Counted from the stretch's first letter, positions 14,440-28,199 are shown. The stretch: 64,000 bases of DNA from Hamiltosporidium tvaerminnensis FI-OER-3-3 (GCA_022605425.2 JAKIMF020000004.1:1483982-1547981); one strand, 5' to 3'. A program made the numbers and translations. The notes: a model not told the origin generated them from the letters alone.

Positions 14440-15420
14440 AAAAGAAGGAAATGTGTAACTCTTCGATCTAAACATGAGATAATCTGATAATACTACTGCG
14501 TGACTAATAATAATCATTCTGATATTAAAAATTTAAAAAAACCTAAAATTGACGAAAACATCCAGTATAACTATAAAAATTCAACTATGATAAAAGAAAG
14601 TATAAAGAAGTCTAAGAACTAAGTAGGATTTTATAGCTATCCCGTGCTTTTTCAAGAATTTCCTTCAATTGACGAAAACATACTTTTTTATGACGCCTGG
14701 TCAAATTTCATGATTTAATTTTTTTAACCATGAATTAATTGGTTTTTTTACAGAAATAAAATCAATAAAATCAAGTAAACTCCTCACAAAAAGCTTTTAC
14801 AGGACATCTTGTGATTTTAAAGATGTGTTTTATTGAACAATTTTAGGATTATAAATAGCCTTAAAAATTTTCTTCAATATAAGTTGCGCAAAATACAATT
14901 TTAAATGAAAGATATCTCCGAATTATTAATATAGCTAGATAAGAAAAATCTTATCAAATCATTCAATATTCTCATACATTTAATATTTTGTTTAACCGTC
15001 TTATTTTCAAATATTTACCTTAAATATTTACTATAGAAATAATATTATTCACCGAAACTATTTTTCGAACCCTGATAAAAAAATTTATTAACGAAAAATA
15101 TGCAAAAATGCTAACCAAAATCAATAATTTACACAATTTCAACATATTTCTATGGGTTTCTAAATATAAATGCTTTTATAAAAACGGTTGATACTATATT
15201 TTCTAATTAAACAGAAGCAGATAATACCATATAATATATGAAATTTTTATAAGAGCCGATAGAATAAAGTTTTTTTTTCGCAAATGGCATCCTACAGGCG
15301 ATTATAAATATCACTATATATTCCTAGTTAAAAATTTTCCCATAAAATTCAAGCTACTTTATTTCGTTTAGAATATCATATTATTACGTTTATATGCCAT
15401 GATCTATAGTTTTTAATATT
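14440..15420 (+). pseudogene. Gene remnant, possibly of the secreted family
   Basis: Fragments YPVLFQEFPSIDENILF and LLNNFRIINSLKNFLQYKLRKIQF*MKDISELLI, with stops and frameshifts. Confidence 0.3.
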
Positions 15421-15479
15421 ATACGTAATTTTAGCTTTATACAGAAACTTTTTCTCAATACTCTAAAGTCATACCTTAG

Positions 15480-16610
15480 AGAAATACTAAGGTTTTTAAT
15501 CCATAATGTACATAAAGAAAGTTAAATATGCGCGGCCTTGTTTTGCGTTTGTAAGAGCTCTTTAACTAGCATACTTTAGAAAACAAAAATTTTCTATTAG
15601 ACTTTGTAAAATGTGTATTATAGAAAAGGATAACACTAGGAACAAAATAGCTTACAGCGAATAAATCTTTGCGACTTAGATTAAGTCTTCTTTTTTTAGC
15701 CTAGACATACAAACAGGTATAACCTGCTACTTAACATTCTGTTGGCGTAAGAATGTTATATTTTTGTATCATCCAGAGACCAATTCTTCCGTTTCGGGTG
15801 ACCGAACCTAGGCAAGGAATGTTTTTGGATACCGATAACTATGATTCAGAAAAGGTATAGAATCTAGTTATATAGAAACCCACAAATTCTTTGTAGAAAA
15901 ATCTTTAGGGTTTAAAAATCTTTTCATTTATTAAAAAGTCGTTTAATACAAACAAAAACACTATTTTTTGATTAAACCAAGGATTAGAAATATAATCATC
16001 CCAGAAATTCAACTTTATATTGCTCTTAAGATAGCTTTCCTCGTCGTAGGACCAATTTTAGCCGATATTAATCCAAAAAAATTTTATATATAGGACTAGA
16101 ATGTTTATAACAATTAGAAAGAGAAATATTTTCTCGGTAAAGTATATTTCTAACACAGAAGAGTAAAATTTCTTTTGAAGTAACTTGTGAGGTTTTCTAT
16201 TATTAAAAGGGGTAACTTAACCAAACCTGTCTAAAGAATAACTATTAGGTCTTATATTTTTCTCTTCAGAGTTAATAAAACAAAAATTAATAAATTTTTA
16301 TGTTCTAAATTATTTTCCAAAAAACAGGCTCTTCTTTTTTTGTAGTATGAACGAATAGGTCTTAATATTCCCTTTAAACCGTTCCATTTAATAAATATAC
16401 AAGGATACAAAGTTCTCAAACAATCTTAGATTTTTTTTATCTTTTATTCACATACACTGTTAATAATCAAAAATAGTCTTCTTTACCGATTTAAACAAAT
16501 AACTTTTCTCTCGGATTTTTTTTAACTTGCATAGCCATCATATATGTTTCAATCTAATATTCAAGACAATATTCGGATCACGCTTCATTATATTTAATTT
16601 CAAGGGTGCA
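15480..16610 (-). pseudogene. GC-enriched gene remnant, unknown product
   Basis: Minus-strand fragments LYPCIFIKWNGLKGILRPIRSYY and WSYDEESYLKSNIKLNFWDDYISNPWFNQKIVF. GC is higher than in the flanks. Confidence 0.3.
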
Positions 16611-18299
16611 TATAGATTCCTCATTTGCATATTATTATTAAAATTTTGCAAAATATTAGATAATTTAAATTGCTATCACAATATAATTTTCATGTATTAA
16701 TCATGAGATTTTAGTTTTTAAATACTTATATAACTTTATTAAAAATTGGTGGCATTAATCCGATTTTCTCTAAGAATATTAAAAAACTTAACACAATTTA
16801 ATTAATATAAACGTCGTTTTGCTTAGTATGTGAAATATACTCAATAACCTATTATAAAAACCTTTCATACATATATTATGTTTTGTTTTGACAGAGAAAA
16901 ACATATCGGTAGGAAATCTCGTATATCTATTCATTTTAAAAAACATTTTTAGGATTTTAAAAAAATGTTTGTAAAAACTTCAAAACTTTACAGTTATCAA
17001 TGAAGCATGATTTTAAATCTAAATTTTAAAATCATCGAAAAACTTTAAAAAAGGAAGATTTTACAACATAAAGAAAATAGATTAATAATCACAGAACTAA
17101 GTTATTTAAACATTTAAAAATAAATTCAGATAGACTGTTAAGTCAAGTGTTAACTTTTACAATTATATACTTATACTTTTTAAATACAACAAAAATTAAA
17201 TTCAAATGTACATTAGTTGATTTCTTTACCCTGAATTATACCAATAAATATATTTAAAAAAGAAAACTATAAACACATTAATTTTTAGGTTTTAAATTAA
17301 ATCAATGTACCATTTACCGTCATTTCAAAAATCCATATTGTACAATTTTTATTTAGTTCAGATGTTAGATTTATACATAATTAATAGTAAGTTTAATGTA
17401 TATACTTAAATTCGCTGGTGGGTCAATTTTTTACTTTATAAAGGGTATTTTAAATACAAAATGGCCAAAAATACTTCTTTGGTTCAAAATGAAGAATTTC
17501 CAATATATTTATATAAACGTTATAAATAAATTGGATTTAATAAACCTTTTTCTGCAAACAAAAATTTTTAATCTAGTTTTGCCAGAATTGATTTAAAATT
17601 TCTTTCTTCTAAAAATTTTATGTTTAATACACCGTGGCATAATTCATATCAACGAATATAGTCGATTCATTACTTAAAACAATATATTTTTCCAAACATC
17701 TTTTACTTCTATGCTGCCTCTGTATTTAATATGTTTAAGTTGTAATCAGAGTCATTTATTAAAATTATAAATTATTAGAAACATTGGCATATTTAAGATA
17801 CTTTTGATTTAATTTTATTGTAAAAAAAATATTTGAATTTCTCTAAATTATTTTGCTACATTTTCTACAGTTTTTCCTGATAAAAAATTTTGTTTTCTAT
17901 TTCATGATTTTAAATCATTTAAGAAGAATAAAATCAAAAAAATAAACTGACAATAAAGTAATTAAATATAAATTTTGATTCTTTCGCTTTTAAATCTTAG
18001 CTTAAGAATAAAATACTAAAACAATTAAAATATATTTGCAAGAAGAAAGAATTATAAAAATAATAAAAACAGGGCTTTAAAAAATATTTAGCTTGTTTTT
18101 ATTTAAAGCGTTAATAAAAAAATTAACTGCTATGAATATTTTATAAAAAAGGGTCTCATTAAATATTTTTTTGTGTAAATTCCTTTCACCTAGAAAATGT
18201 AAAACGATTTTTAAACTGCAAAAAGGAGTAACTTCTAAACTTTATGAACAAGTTTACAAACAAATAAAATTATCAGTAAAAACTAATTTAAATAATTAG

Positions 18300-19480
18300 G
18301 AAAGTAAAATACAGAAGAGTTAGAATGTAATAGTTGAATATAGATTCTAAGGAATGAAATAAATAAGGATTTGCTGAATTCTATTGATGAAATGAGATGC
18401 GAAAATATAAACCGAATCTAATTTCCATCAAAGTATTCTGTTTTAAAACGAGATGATATATTGGTACAGAATAAAAGATAAACATATAAAACAACCTCCA
18501 TAGCTTGTCTTCTTTATAAATAACTGTTCTAATGATAAATTACAGGTGGGGTTTTAACAACAAAAAGAGTTTAATCAAAAGGTTTCTGATGTGATCGCTA
18601 AACTTTGAGAGCCGAACAATATGAAAGTTTATACCGTAAAACCTGATGTAGAATAAGAGAATCAATAAATTATTGTTGAAAATCCGGATGATATCGATAA
18701 GTTATTTAAAATGCATAAGGAAAAGGCCATTTCAGCAAAGAATAGATATTGATGATGCAGATGTATTTTTGAATTTAAATATTAAGCGTTCTTATGTATT
18801 GGATTTTAAAAATTTTTATAAAATTTCCAAATATCTGATTCTATGCCATTTTCTATCAACAAATTCAAAAGAGTTTTTAAATTTCACAGAAAGCATTTTG
18901 TAAGTATAAAAAAGAAAATCTGGAGCCCGAAGAAATAAAACTATATTATTTAAAAATCGAAAGAAAAGATATAATGAAAATATTAAAATTGATTTGTTAA
19001 TACTTAACGGGTGGGGTATTTATAATATTTGTCGAAACTAAACATATGATTGAGATGCTACGATACTAATTAGAGACAGATCTTCTATAAATAACATGTC
19101 TACATGATGATGTTGAAATGGTAGTCAAAGAAAAACTTGTAGATAAATTTAGGACCGAAAGGGCTCGCGTTTCGATTTGAACCATTATATTTTAGGATAG
19201 AATGTATATTTACACATTAAACTTATTATAATTTTTGATCTTCCAATAGTTAAAGGAATACCAAATGGGGAAACATATATTCATCGTGTAATTCATCCAG
19301 AAGATTTTGAAGGTCTGAGTTTGTGGTAGACCTAATAAGTGATTCAAAGTATTCCAATGTTATATTAAGACTTCAAAATTCTTTAAAGTGTTGCCAAGGT
19401 TTTTAGATTCAAGCTGTCATGAAGGCCGGGAAGAAAAAACTTTAACTGACAATAAAATTATTAGATCTTTAAAATTTTGT
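18300..19480 (+). pseudogene. Decayed gene, unknown product
   Basis: Protein-like fragments across frames (KVSDVIAKL*EPNNMKVYTVKPDVE; IDIDDADVFLNLNIKRSYVLDF; LHDDVEMVVKEKLVDKFRTERARVS; IFDLPIVKGIPNGETYIHRVIHPEDFEG) with purine-rich, codon-like composition. Confidence 0.5.
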
Positions 19481-19649
19481 GATTCTGATGATTTCATGAT
19501 TTAAAAAAACATTCATTTTATTTGTTTTTACGTAAGATAGTATTATATATTTAATAAAGTATTTTGTTTTAAATTCTATTCTATATAATCCTCTTGATAT
19601 GTTCTTTGTAAATTTTTGGTAACATGAACATATATTACAATTTAAAACC

Positions 19650-21260
19650 TAAATATAAATTTATCATAATTTTTGTTTGATTTCGAGGTGCTAAGCAAAA
19701 ATTATCTGAGTGTTTAAAATTTTTCACCTTTCGGTCCGATATTTTTGTTTAGATTCGGCTAATTTTTTATATTTTTGATTGATATTTTGTTCTTAGTCAT
19801 TCAATTTTTATTTAAAATTTATTACATTGTTTGTGAGGTAATTTACAATTTATCTATGACATAATATGATATAAATACATGCCTTTCTCTGCAAATATCA
19901 ATATCAATACGCTCTAGTAAAGCCATATTTAACATTTTTTAGCACAGTTTCGTTGATATAAATTACAGCAAGAATATTACGCTGTGTTTTAGAGTGAGAT
20001 CGACTTGATATATGCCGCTATTTATTCGAGATTTCAACCATCTAGATTATATATTATAAGATCTACTTTTAATAACATCCTGTGCTATTACAAGGAATGA
20101 TTTCAACCATAGATTTTCAGAAATATTAAGTCCATCTACCAAAATGTTTCATTCATTTTAGTTTTTTTTTGTTGCATCAAGTTTAGTCAAACCCTATAAA
20201 TCGATTCGGAAATTAACTGAGAATTCATCAAATTATGACCAAAAAGAAATAATTCTGGGTCAGTGTTGTGAATTTAAACTAATTTTTTTTTGTTCATATA
20301 TATAATTCTATTTATTCATTATTTTTTTTGAGAACTTCCCGAACAAAATAATTTCTTGTTTGTTGTAAATGCGGTAAAAATCTTTATAGAAATGAAGTAG
20401 TTATTATATAAGCAAATAATTTTTATTGTCTGGCATAAAATTTCCAAGCCTTTTTATGATTATTTGCCATTTTATGCATTTATTTTTTTCGGATTCACTA
20501 ATTTTACTACATAAAATTTTATAGAATGTATTTTCCTATTAATATAGCAGAATAATGATTTTTGTTTGGCTCGGTATATAAATATATCTTAAAATTTTAT
20601 GTTAGATGTAAAAAAGTATCCATATCTTAAATTAATTTTACTATAATCTCTTCTTTTTCTTACTTGATAACTAGTTTTCGTATTGCCTCGACGAAGACTT
20701 TTTATCAAGAAATACGGAATTTGTTTTCCGATTTGATATTATGGCTTTATGAAGCTCTAGATATTATCTATTTGTGTTTCACTATATTCGAAGGGTTTGT
20801 TAATCAATAAGTATTTTCAAACAGGATAAGAAACAACTGCCTTTACATATTCTAAGGTTAAGTATACATAAAATTTTCATCCATCTTATTGATAGAATCT
20901 CCATTTTTCTACAAATACTATATGCAGTATACCCCTATTCTTAAAAACATGCAGTATCTAGACTTAGTATTCTAAAATATAACTTATAATATATCAGAAG
21001 TTAATCAATTATATAATTTCAATCTTTTTGTATATTGAAGCCCAAAAAAACTTAAATACTATTTTGGGTTCTTTTATCATTTTACCAGATATAAAAGTTT
21101 TGGTTCCATATACACCTTTCTTGTTTTTAAGGATTCCCAAACACTCAATCTGTCTTAAAAAGTCTGAAATTTTACAAACCGTGACATATATGGCACAATT
21201 ATCGCTTATGACTTTCAAACTTATAACAATCAAAAAAACATTGAGAAATACTTTTTGATT
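19650..21260 (-). pseudogene. Decayed gene, unknown product
   Basis: Minus-strand fragments including ORF 21009-21233, KVFVEAIRKLVIK, DGLNISENLWLKSFLVIAQDVIK and LLERIDIDICRERHVFISYY. Confidence 0.35.
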
Positions 21261-22497
21261 TCTATAAATTCAATTGAATTTTCTGTATCTTTTATATAAA
21301 AAAATCTCTTTTATATTGTAAAAAGTTTAATTCCAAAAGATGATTATAATTAAAGATTTCGACATATTAAAATTTATTAAAAAAAATAGCAGTTTAGTTT
21401 TTTTAAACATAGTTAATCTTGACATTTTATACTTAAATTTGAAGGTTAAAACATTAAAAATCAAAAGAAAATTTAAAACTTTAATTTAACAGTTTATAAA
21501 AACTATGTTTTTTAAGTTGCGATGGGTTTATAAAAAATAAGTTAAGGTAGAGTACCAACATAAACAGATAGCACATTGATTTCATAAATAATTTAAATAT
21601 TTACTCTCTTAATTTCAGAATAACGGATCAATGCTTTGTTAATGTATTGTGTGTCCAAAAATTATGTAAAATAAAAGAATAATGATATGAAACTGGTATA
21701 AAAAGTATTATGAAAATTTTAAATACATAAATAATTTCTGTAAAATAGTTTTTTTTTATAGGAAATTTTAAATGTATTTCAAAGTGATTTTCAGAAAAAA
21801 AATTTAAGTTATTTGCTTCAATCATATACGTTTTAAGTTTATTTTATATTAAGGTCACCAAAACGCTAATAACCCTAAAATATAGTAGAAACGGAAACAT
21901 TTTAATTAAACATTGGAATATATATTGTTCACTAATAATCAGTTTATAGCTTAAAAAATTGCATGTAAATTAATGCTGTTAAATGGATTCTTTTTTTATA
22001 TGTAAAATATAATTTTTAGGTTATAATAATTCATTAGATAAAAATTAAGATTGACCCAAATTTATTTTTTTAAACATAGGTTTTTGGAATGGACATACAC
22101 TAAATAAATCTGATGCTATAAATATTTAATTAAAATGCTCTTATAAATTAAAAAAAAATTCATTCCAAAAAATTAGAATTCGAGAACATTTTTTTTAAAA
22201 TTACAAAACAGATTTAGTCTAGAACTGAAGAAAAAACATTATATATGAATATAACTTAGAAGAAGGCAGGCTTTACTATCTTTATTTATATAGAATTATA
22301 TTTACATGCAATACTTTGAGAAAGCAAATTTTAAATATTGAACAAATTTTTCAGTTAAATAAAGTTAATAAATTAAAAAAATTTTAAACATATAAAAAGA
22401 TATAATATAAAAATTTGCTGACCTATTATTTAAGATACAAAATATTAGCCGGAATTAACGCCTAATCCTATTTGATTATATTAAAATCACTTTCCAA

Positions 22498-22510
22498 CCC
22501 TAATTTAAAT
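22498..22510 (+). promoter_or_regulatory. CCC motif plus AT-rich spacer immediately upstream of ATG 22511
   Basis: aaCCCtaatttaaatATG matches the CCC-like motif described just upstream of microsporidian start codons. It supports ATG 22511 over the TTG at 22472. Confidence 0.45.
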
Positions 22511-24297
22511 ATGCAAAAGTTGATAATATTTTTAGAGATGATAATTTCTACTGTTTTTTGTACATTAGAAAGCACGGTAGAGGATGATATTCAACACGCA
22601 CAAAACCAATCAAGAAGATGTAATTTTGAAGTAAACCGAGAATCACAGGACATGAAAGTCAAAATTGGGGATCAGCATGCAAGTAATTCAGGTCATGGTC
22701 CTAAAAAAGCCCAATATTTTGGAGACCAAGATGGTTGTGATCTTTTCACATCAGAACCAAGCACTTCGCAATTCGAACCTTCACCGAGAAAACAAAAAAG
22801 AAGATTGACTAATGAAAAAAATAGTCTAAGATTGTTAGAAAATCCACAAAGAAATATTACCTTAAAAATGAAACTTGAGAATATAGAGGCTGTTAAAAAC
22901 AATTTTTTAAAGCAACTGTTAGATTCAAAAATATTAAAATTTACAAGCGAAAATATGAATCTACCAGAGAACAGACGTTATAACCCCACAGTAGGATATC
23001 CAATAGCCACAGAAACACAGTATTTTAATAACATTGCAAATATAATTGATAGGTATATTAATAGAATTTTAAATGATCGAAATTTATCTTTTGCAAACCT
23101 TAAGGGTAAATATAATTCTAAGGTAATTTACAAAGAAATTTAAAAGTGCTACAACTGTCGATTCGAAGAATAAATATTGTTAAAAATACGAACAAAGAGG
23201 ATTATAGCAGTTCATTTTTAAAATCTTCTCATTTCGAAGTTATAGAAAACGTTAAAAAAGAATTAGTAAATATTAAAAAGGTAAATAATATTTATTATTT
23301 AGAGGATATTATTGCATATTCAGAAAAAATCCGAATATTCGGAATAAAAAGTAAAAAAACATTTACAAAATTACAGTTACAAGAAATGTTAACAAGTTTA
23401 GAAATCCGAAATGTCAAGGAAGAACTTCAAAAATATAGAAATATTCCATCTTTTTACGAATTTATGCTATTCAAATATAGATATGCAGATAATATAATTG
23501 ATCATATTGAAGAAGGATGTTTTTTAATGGTTCATTTTCTTCTTGAAATATTATTTACTAAACTAGAAAATATATTCAAAAAAATAGAAATATACAAAAA
23601 GCTAACTGAAAATGATTTATCAAATGCATATAAAAATCTTTCCTATAAAAATAAAATAGATTTAGAAATACAACCACTTAAAATAATACTTATGCACATT
23701 TATTTGGGTCTAAAAAATGGTCTTTGTTTGTTTAAAAAATACATCATAGTGTATTTATTAGAATTTACACATTTATTTATGACCGAAAAAATACTTAATC
23801 TGTGTATAAATGACGATTTTGGTCGTAATATTTTTTCGCTTTACCATTATATATATGATGATTCAATGTCTTTACAGGCTGATTTGTTTCTTAGAATAGG
23901 AAATGCACTAGCATTTCTTTCTCTCCACAATTATCACACTTCTCAAGATATAAATCTTAGCTTTAGTAAAATAATGAATCATATTTCACAAAAAAGTTAT
24001 ATAATTACTTTACAGGCAATTTTAAGAGATATTTTCCCCAATTGCATTCATTTTTCTGCTTTTTATCCCGAATTATTTACGAATGTTGGCAATTTTATCG
24101 AAAATATCACTCTCACCGAAAAATGGGAGGATTTAGATTCTCGCATCAAAATTTTGTTTTTTAAGTTTTGCATAAAATATGCATATATGTTAAGGCATCT
24201 TTTATCCAGCGATTACCATTATGAAAAAATGGTTTTAGATTCTTCCATGACGCAACTTTATAATGATATTTCTAGTTCTTTTAATGAGCCCGTATGA
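22511..24297 (+). CDS. Secreted hypothetical protein (~595 aa), paralog of 2926-4908, split by a single 1-nt frameshift at ~23122-23140 (sequencing error or young pseudogene)
   Basis: ORFs 22472-23143 and 23146-24297 abut in different frames. Adding one T in GAAATTTAAAAGTG gives E-I-L-K-V-L-Q and one continuous ORF. Signal peptide MQKLIIFLEMIISTVFC; AATAAA at 24304-24309. Confidence 0.78.
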
Positions 24298-24749
24298 ATA
24301 CAAAATAAACTCTAAGTACATTTTTAATTTTTTAAGATCATCTTATACAGTATTTAATTTAAATTCATATTACAAAATATTTTTTCGACTTTTTCAGGAT
24401 TTAGTATTAATATAAAGGTGTATATAAACCAATTCTTTTTTAAAAATCCAACAAGAGGCACAATTGATTTTTTGCTTGCAATTATTATAATAAAAAATTC
24501 TAAAATATATATGCTTATATTCCGTGTTTCAACCAAAGAAAGTTTATGAGTTTAAAATATCAGTTTCTTTTCTTTTAAATTGTTCATAAAATACAATTTT
24601 GTCAAATAAAGATTTGATATTTCGCAAGCTTTATAGATTATAGCTTGGTTGTTCGTAAATGTTTTTTTTATCATAAATCATTGTGTATGCACGATTTTGA
24701 CATTCAATTTAAACATATATAGTTCAGTAAAAACACATTTATTGAAAAA

Positions 24750-27180
24750 TAAAGCAACTCAATCATAAACCCTACACCTCACTCATATATCATAAGCAAA
24801 AATAGTTTTTTTTAGTACGTTTAAAAAAAAATTTTCAAGCAAATTAATAAGAATAACGTGTTTTGATAAAAGAAAATAAAAGTTATACATCTTTACAAAG
24901 TTTAACCTTAATCACAGACAATATTTTTATTTTTCTTTGTGATATATATCTTTACACCGAGTCTTTTCAAATAGTCTATTAGGTTATTTTTAGGCTCTTT
25001 GCCTTGGTGTTTATTGTATTTAAGTTATGATTTTGATTTGACTTCTCTGCCAATATATTATAAGTGAATGAATTCACTTATTTAGTCAAGTCCGATTTTA
25101 AACAAGAATAGAAGTATTATTACACTATCTTTTAGAGCATAGTTGTAGAATATGTAAATAAACTTACATGTACAATTTTATAAACACTCAGCTTAGGTAG
25201 TTCAAGATATAAATCAATTCCGCTGCAATCATTCTAATAAAAATATTGTAGTGATTGTGACATAAGTTCTATGGCTTCTACAGTAGGTATAATCTTTATA
25301 CAAATAAGGAAGGATTAGTAGTTCTTGATAAGATAGTCTTAGCTTACTTGTAGAAGATGCCACAACATTAAAAATATAACACTATCTATAGTTTTTGAAA
25401 TTTTAAATATTTAAATGTCTTTCCTTTTTATATTTTAAGTAGAAAAATCGTAATTTTGATAGTATAAACTCTAACCTACAAACACAATCATAGAAATTTT
25501 ATTTTTTGAATTACAAATAATTGTTTCATTTAATTATAAGACTAAGTTTTAATCCTTTGACTTTTATATCCACCTTTAAATATATTTAGATATTAAAATG
25601 ATATTAATATCTTGTAATTCCCACGCGTATAGGTATCCCTTCATTATTTAAAGAATTGTTCATAGCTATATATCTAATTAGCACAGTAAATATTAAAAAT
25701 GATTCAAATTAACTTAGCTTTTAGTGAAATATATTTACTTAAGATTCATTCAATCTTTATACCAAATTAAAATATTATCTATATGTTTTTTTATTTGAAT
25801 TGTTTTTCGCGTGAATCTGAATTGCTTCATAAGAAAGTTAAAGATCAAAAAAACCAAAAAACATAAAACTCAAACATTTATAAAATAGTTGTAGAAATTG
25901 TATTTAAACTAGGTAAATAAATTAAAAACAGTAAAATTAACAAACAACAATATACAAACAGTATAATGAAATGCAGTTTTAATGTTGAAGTAGTATAATA
26001 AGAACAAGATTATCAGTTCGAGACATATAAATGTACTATACAATTTATTTGATTTTAATTTTTTAGATAATTAGAGTAAAATATTATATAAGTCTAATAA
26101 CAAATAAAATAATGGAAAACTAAGGAATATCTTTACAAATATAAAAATTTATGTTTTAAATTGGTCGAATATGAGTTAATAGTTTAAAACAAAATTTTTA
26201 TATGAATATATTGCGATGAATCAAATATCAAAATTCTCTAATATAATTGTATGATTTAGTAAAAATAACTTAATTCTGTATAAATCTAAATAAAAGCATT
26301 TTATTTCAACGGAGTCAATAGTATTACATTTTTAATAAATTTTCTTGAAAGTATTATACATGCAATTTAAATAACTTTTCGCAGGTATAATTTTCTTTTA
26401 ATTAGCTCTATATTTTTTTTAACCAAAGAGCAATACATATATAATACAAAGCCGTTTGCTCAAATTTAGGAAAAGTAACTAATATGCGATTATATGAAAT
26501 TCAAAGTTATGTATGTTTACCCTATATGATCAAAGTATCAATCCATATATTAGAGGCTTTTAAAAACAATTTCACAAAATTTAATGCGGCCCTAGTTAGG
26601 TCAAACACAACGTATTATGACCAAAATTAAAAAATATTATTTTTAGATAATGAGTTGAGGTTTAGATAGTCCAAACATATAAAATAACAGTAAAAAACAG
26701 CCAAAACCTTGCACTCAAAAACTTTCAATTATGGTAAATTTTATAAGCTTATTAGACTTAACACTCAAAAATCATATAAGAAGTAATGCTACTAATTAAT
26801 ATGTTCCAAGAAAACCATTTACAATAAAACACAGAATTTTAAGATTAATGAATATAAAATTGTTATAAAATTAACGAAATTTAATTAAAATATGATAAAA
26901 GCATACCTTATTCTAGAAAATTACAGATTAAAAGCTTCAGAATTGTTCTATATTAAGAAAACTGCTTGAATAAGGGACTACTTAACTTAGCAAATGAATA
27001 ATAAATGAATTATCTGAGAAAAATGTAAACAAATTAGAAAAAAGTAAATAAAAATACAACTAACATAAATTAAGTAAAATAAACTTGATATAATTTAAAT
27101 TCTGAACTTAAAAAACATAACAAAAATATTTAAAAAACTAAAATTTTGAACATAAAAAAACTTAACGAACAAAAAAACGA
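24750..27180 (-). pseudogene. LRR-like protein pseudogene, copy A
   Basis: Minus-strand fragments L*NLP*LKVFECKVLAVF, LDYLNLNSLSKNNIF and LEFILSKLRFFYLKY, with many stops and frameshifts. Colinear with 46675-49115. Confidence 0.6.
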
Positions 27181-28199
27181 CAACTACAATTAAGAATGTC
27201 TAATTTTTTATTTTAAAGATCAATATTGGATATCAACATCAAATACTACTTACTAATTTCATATTAGGCATAAATAATGAACTATAAATGTTTTGTATCG
27301 ATATAGAGCCTAAAGTTTTGTAGATTATAATATAAATAACAAAATATAACTAAAAAACCTACACTAGTGATCTAAAAAACCTATTTAGAGGTTATAAAAA
27401 TATATGTATTATATTATAAGCACCATTAAAAATATTCAAACTTTAAAAGTATATAATAAGAATAAATACATTATCTTAACTGTGTAAGAAATATTAAAAT
27501 TCTACTACTAATATGCGATAAAATTATATTTAGAACAATATATATGACTTAAAACAAAATAATAGACAAATAAATCGAAAAAGTAGGAATATATATACCT
27601 AGCAAAGTACTATATTTGTAAAATAAGTATTTAGCCAAAGTACGAAGTATTCTACGTACTATTAATTAATTGAAAATCTTAATTTTATATTTTACAAATA
27701 ATTATTGTGCACTGAACAAAATTAAAATGCAATTTTCATTTTTAAAGATTTGCATAACTTTTCAAGGTCATTTAAAATTGTAGATTTATTTAATAAGTAA
27801 AAAAATTAAATGTGATATAAATATGAAGTTAAAAGAATATCTTGGTATAGGCTGACTATTATTTGAATAAAAGGGAGATATGAAGAGTCGAACAGAAATG
27901 AATTTTGATCACAAATTTAAAGAAAGCTTTTACATTCAAATTCCGAAAAAAGTGTATTGCGAAAAGCTTTGAATGAAATAACGACCTAATAAATCCATTA
28001 ATAAATAAAACAATAAAAACTTCTAAATTAGAATAAATTTTTAAAACTAAACTAATTTAATAATAAATATAACCATCGCTTAATTAATTTTAATAGATAC
28101 AATATAAAATTAAAAAAAAATAAACTAAATTTATAAAAGGGAACAGCTCGATTAAAAAAGAATATATAATAACTGTATCAAATGATAAATGACTTAAAA

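Noticed and set aside
16340-16400. GILRPI as a reverse transcriptase/TERT motif 2
   Set aside because: No IPK motif upstream and no QG or YxDD motifs found downstream.
16934-17035. AT-only inverted repeats (10-11 bp stems)
   Set aside because: Expected by chance at this base composition.
23123-23146. Tiny GT-AG intron removing the premature stop
   Set aside because: It is 24 nt, so splicing keeps the original frame and hits another stop nine codons later.
26726-26746. TAA/TAG reassignment (alternative genetic code) to explain in-frame stops
   Set aside because: The two real genes read through under the standard code and one ends in TAA. The remnants also contain TGA stops and frameshifts.
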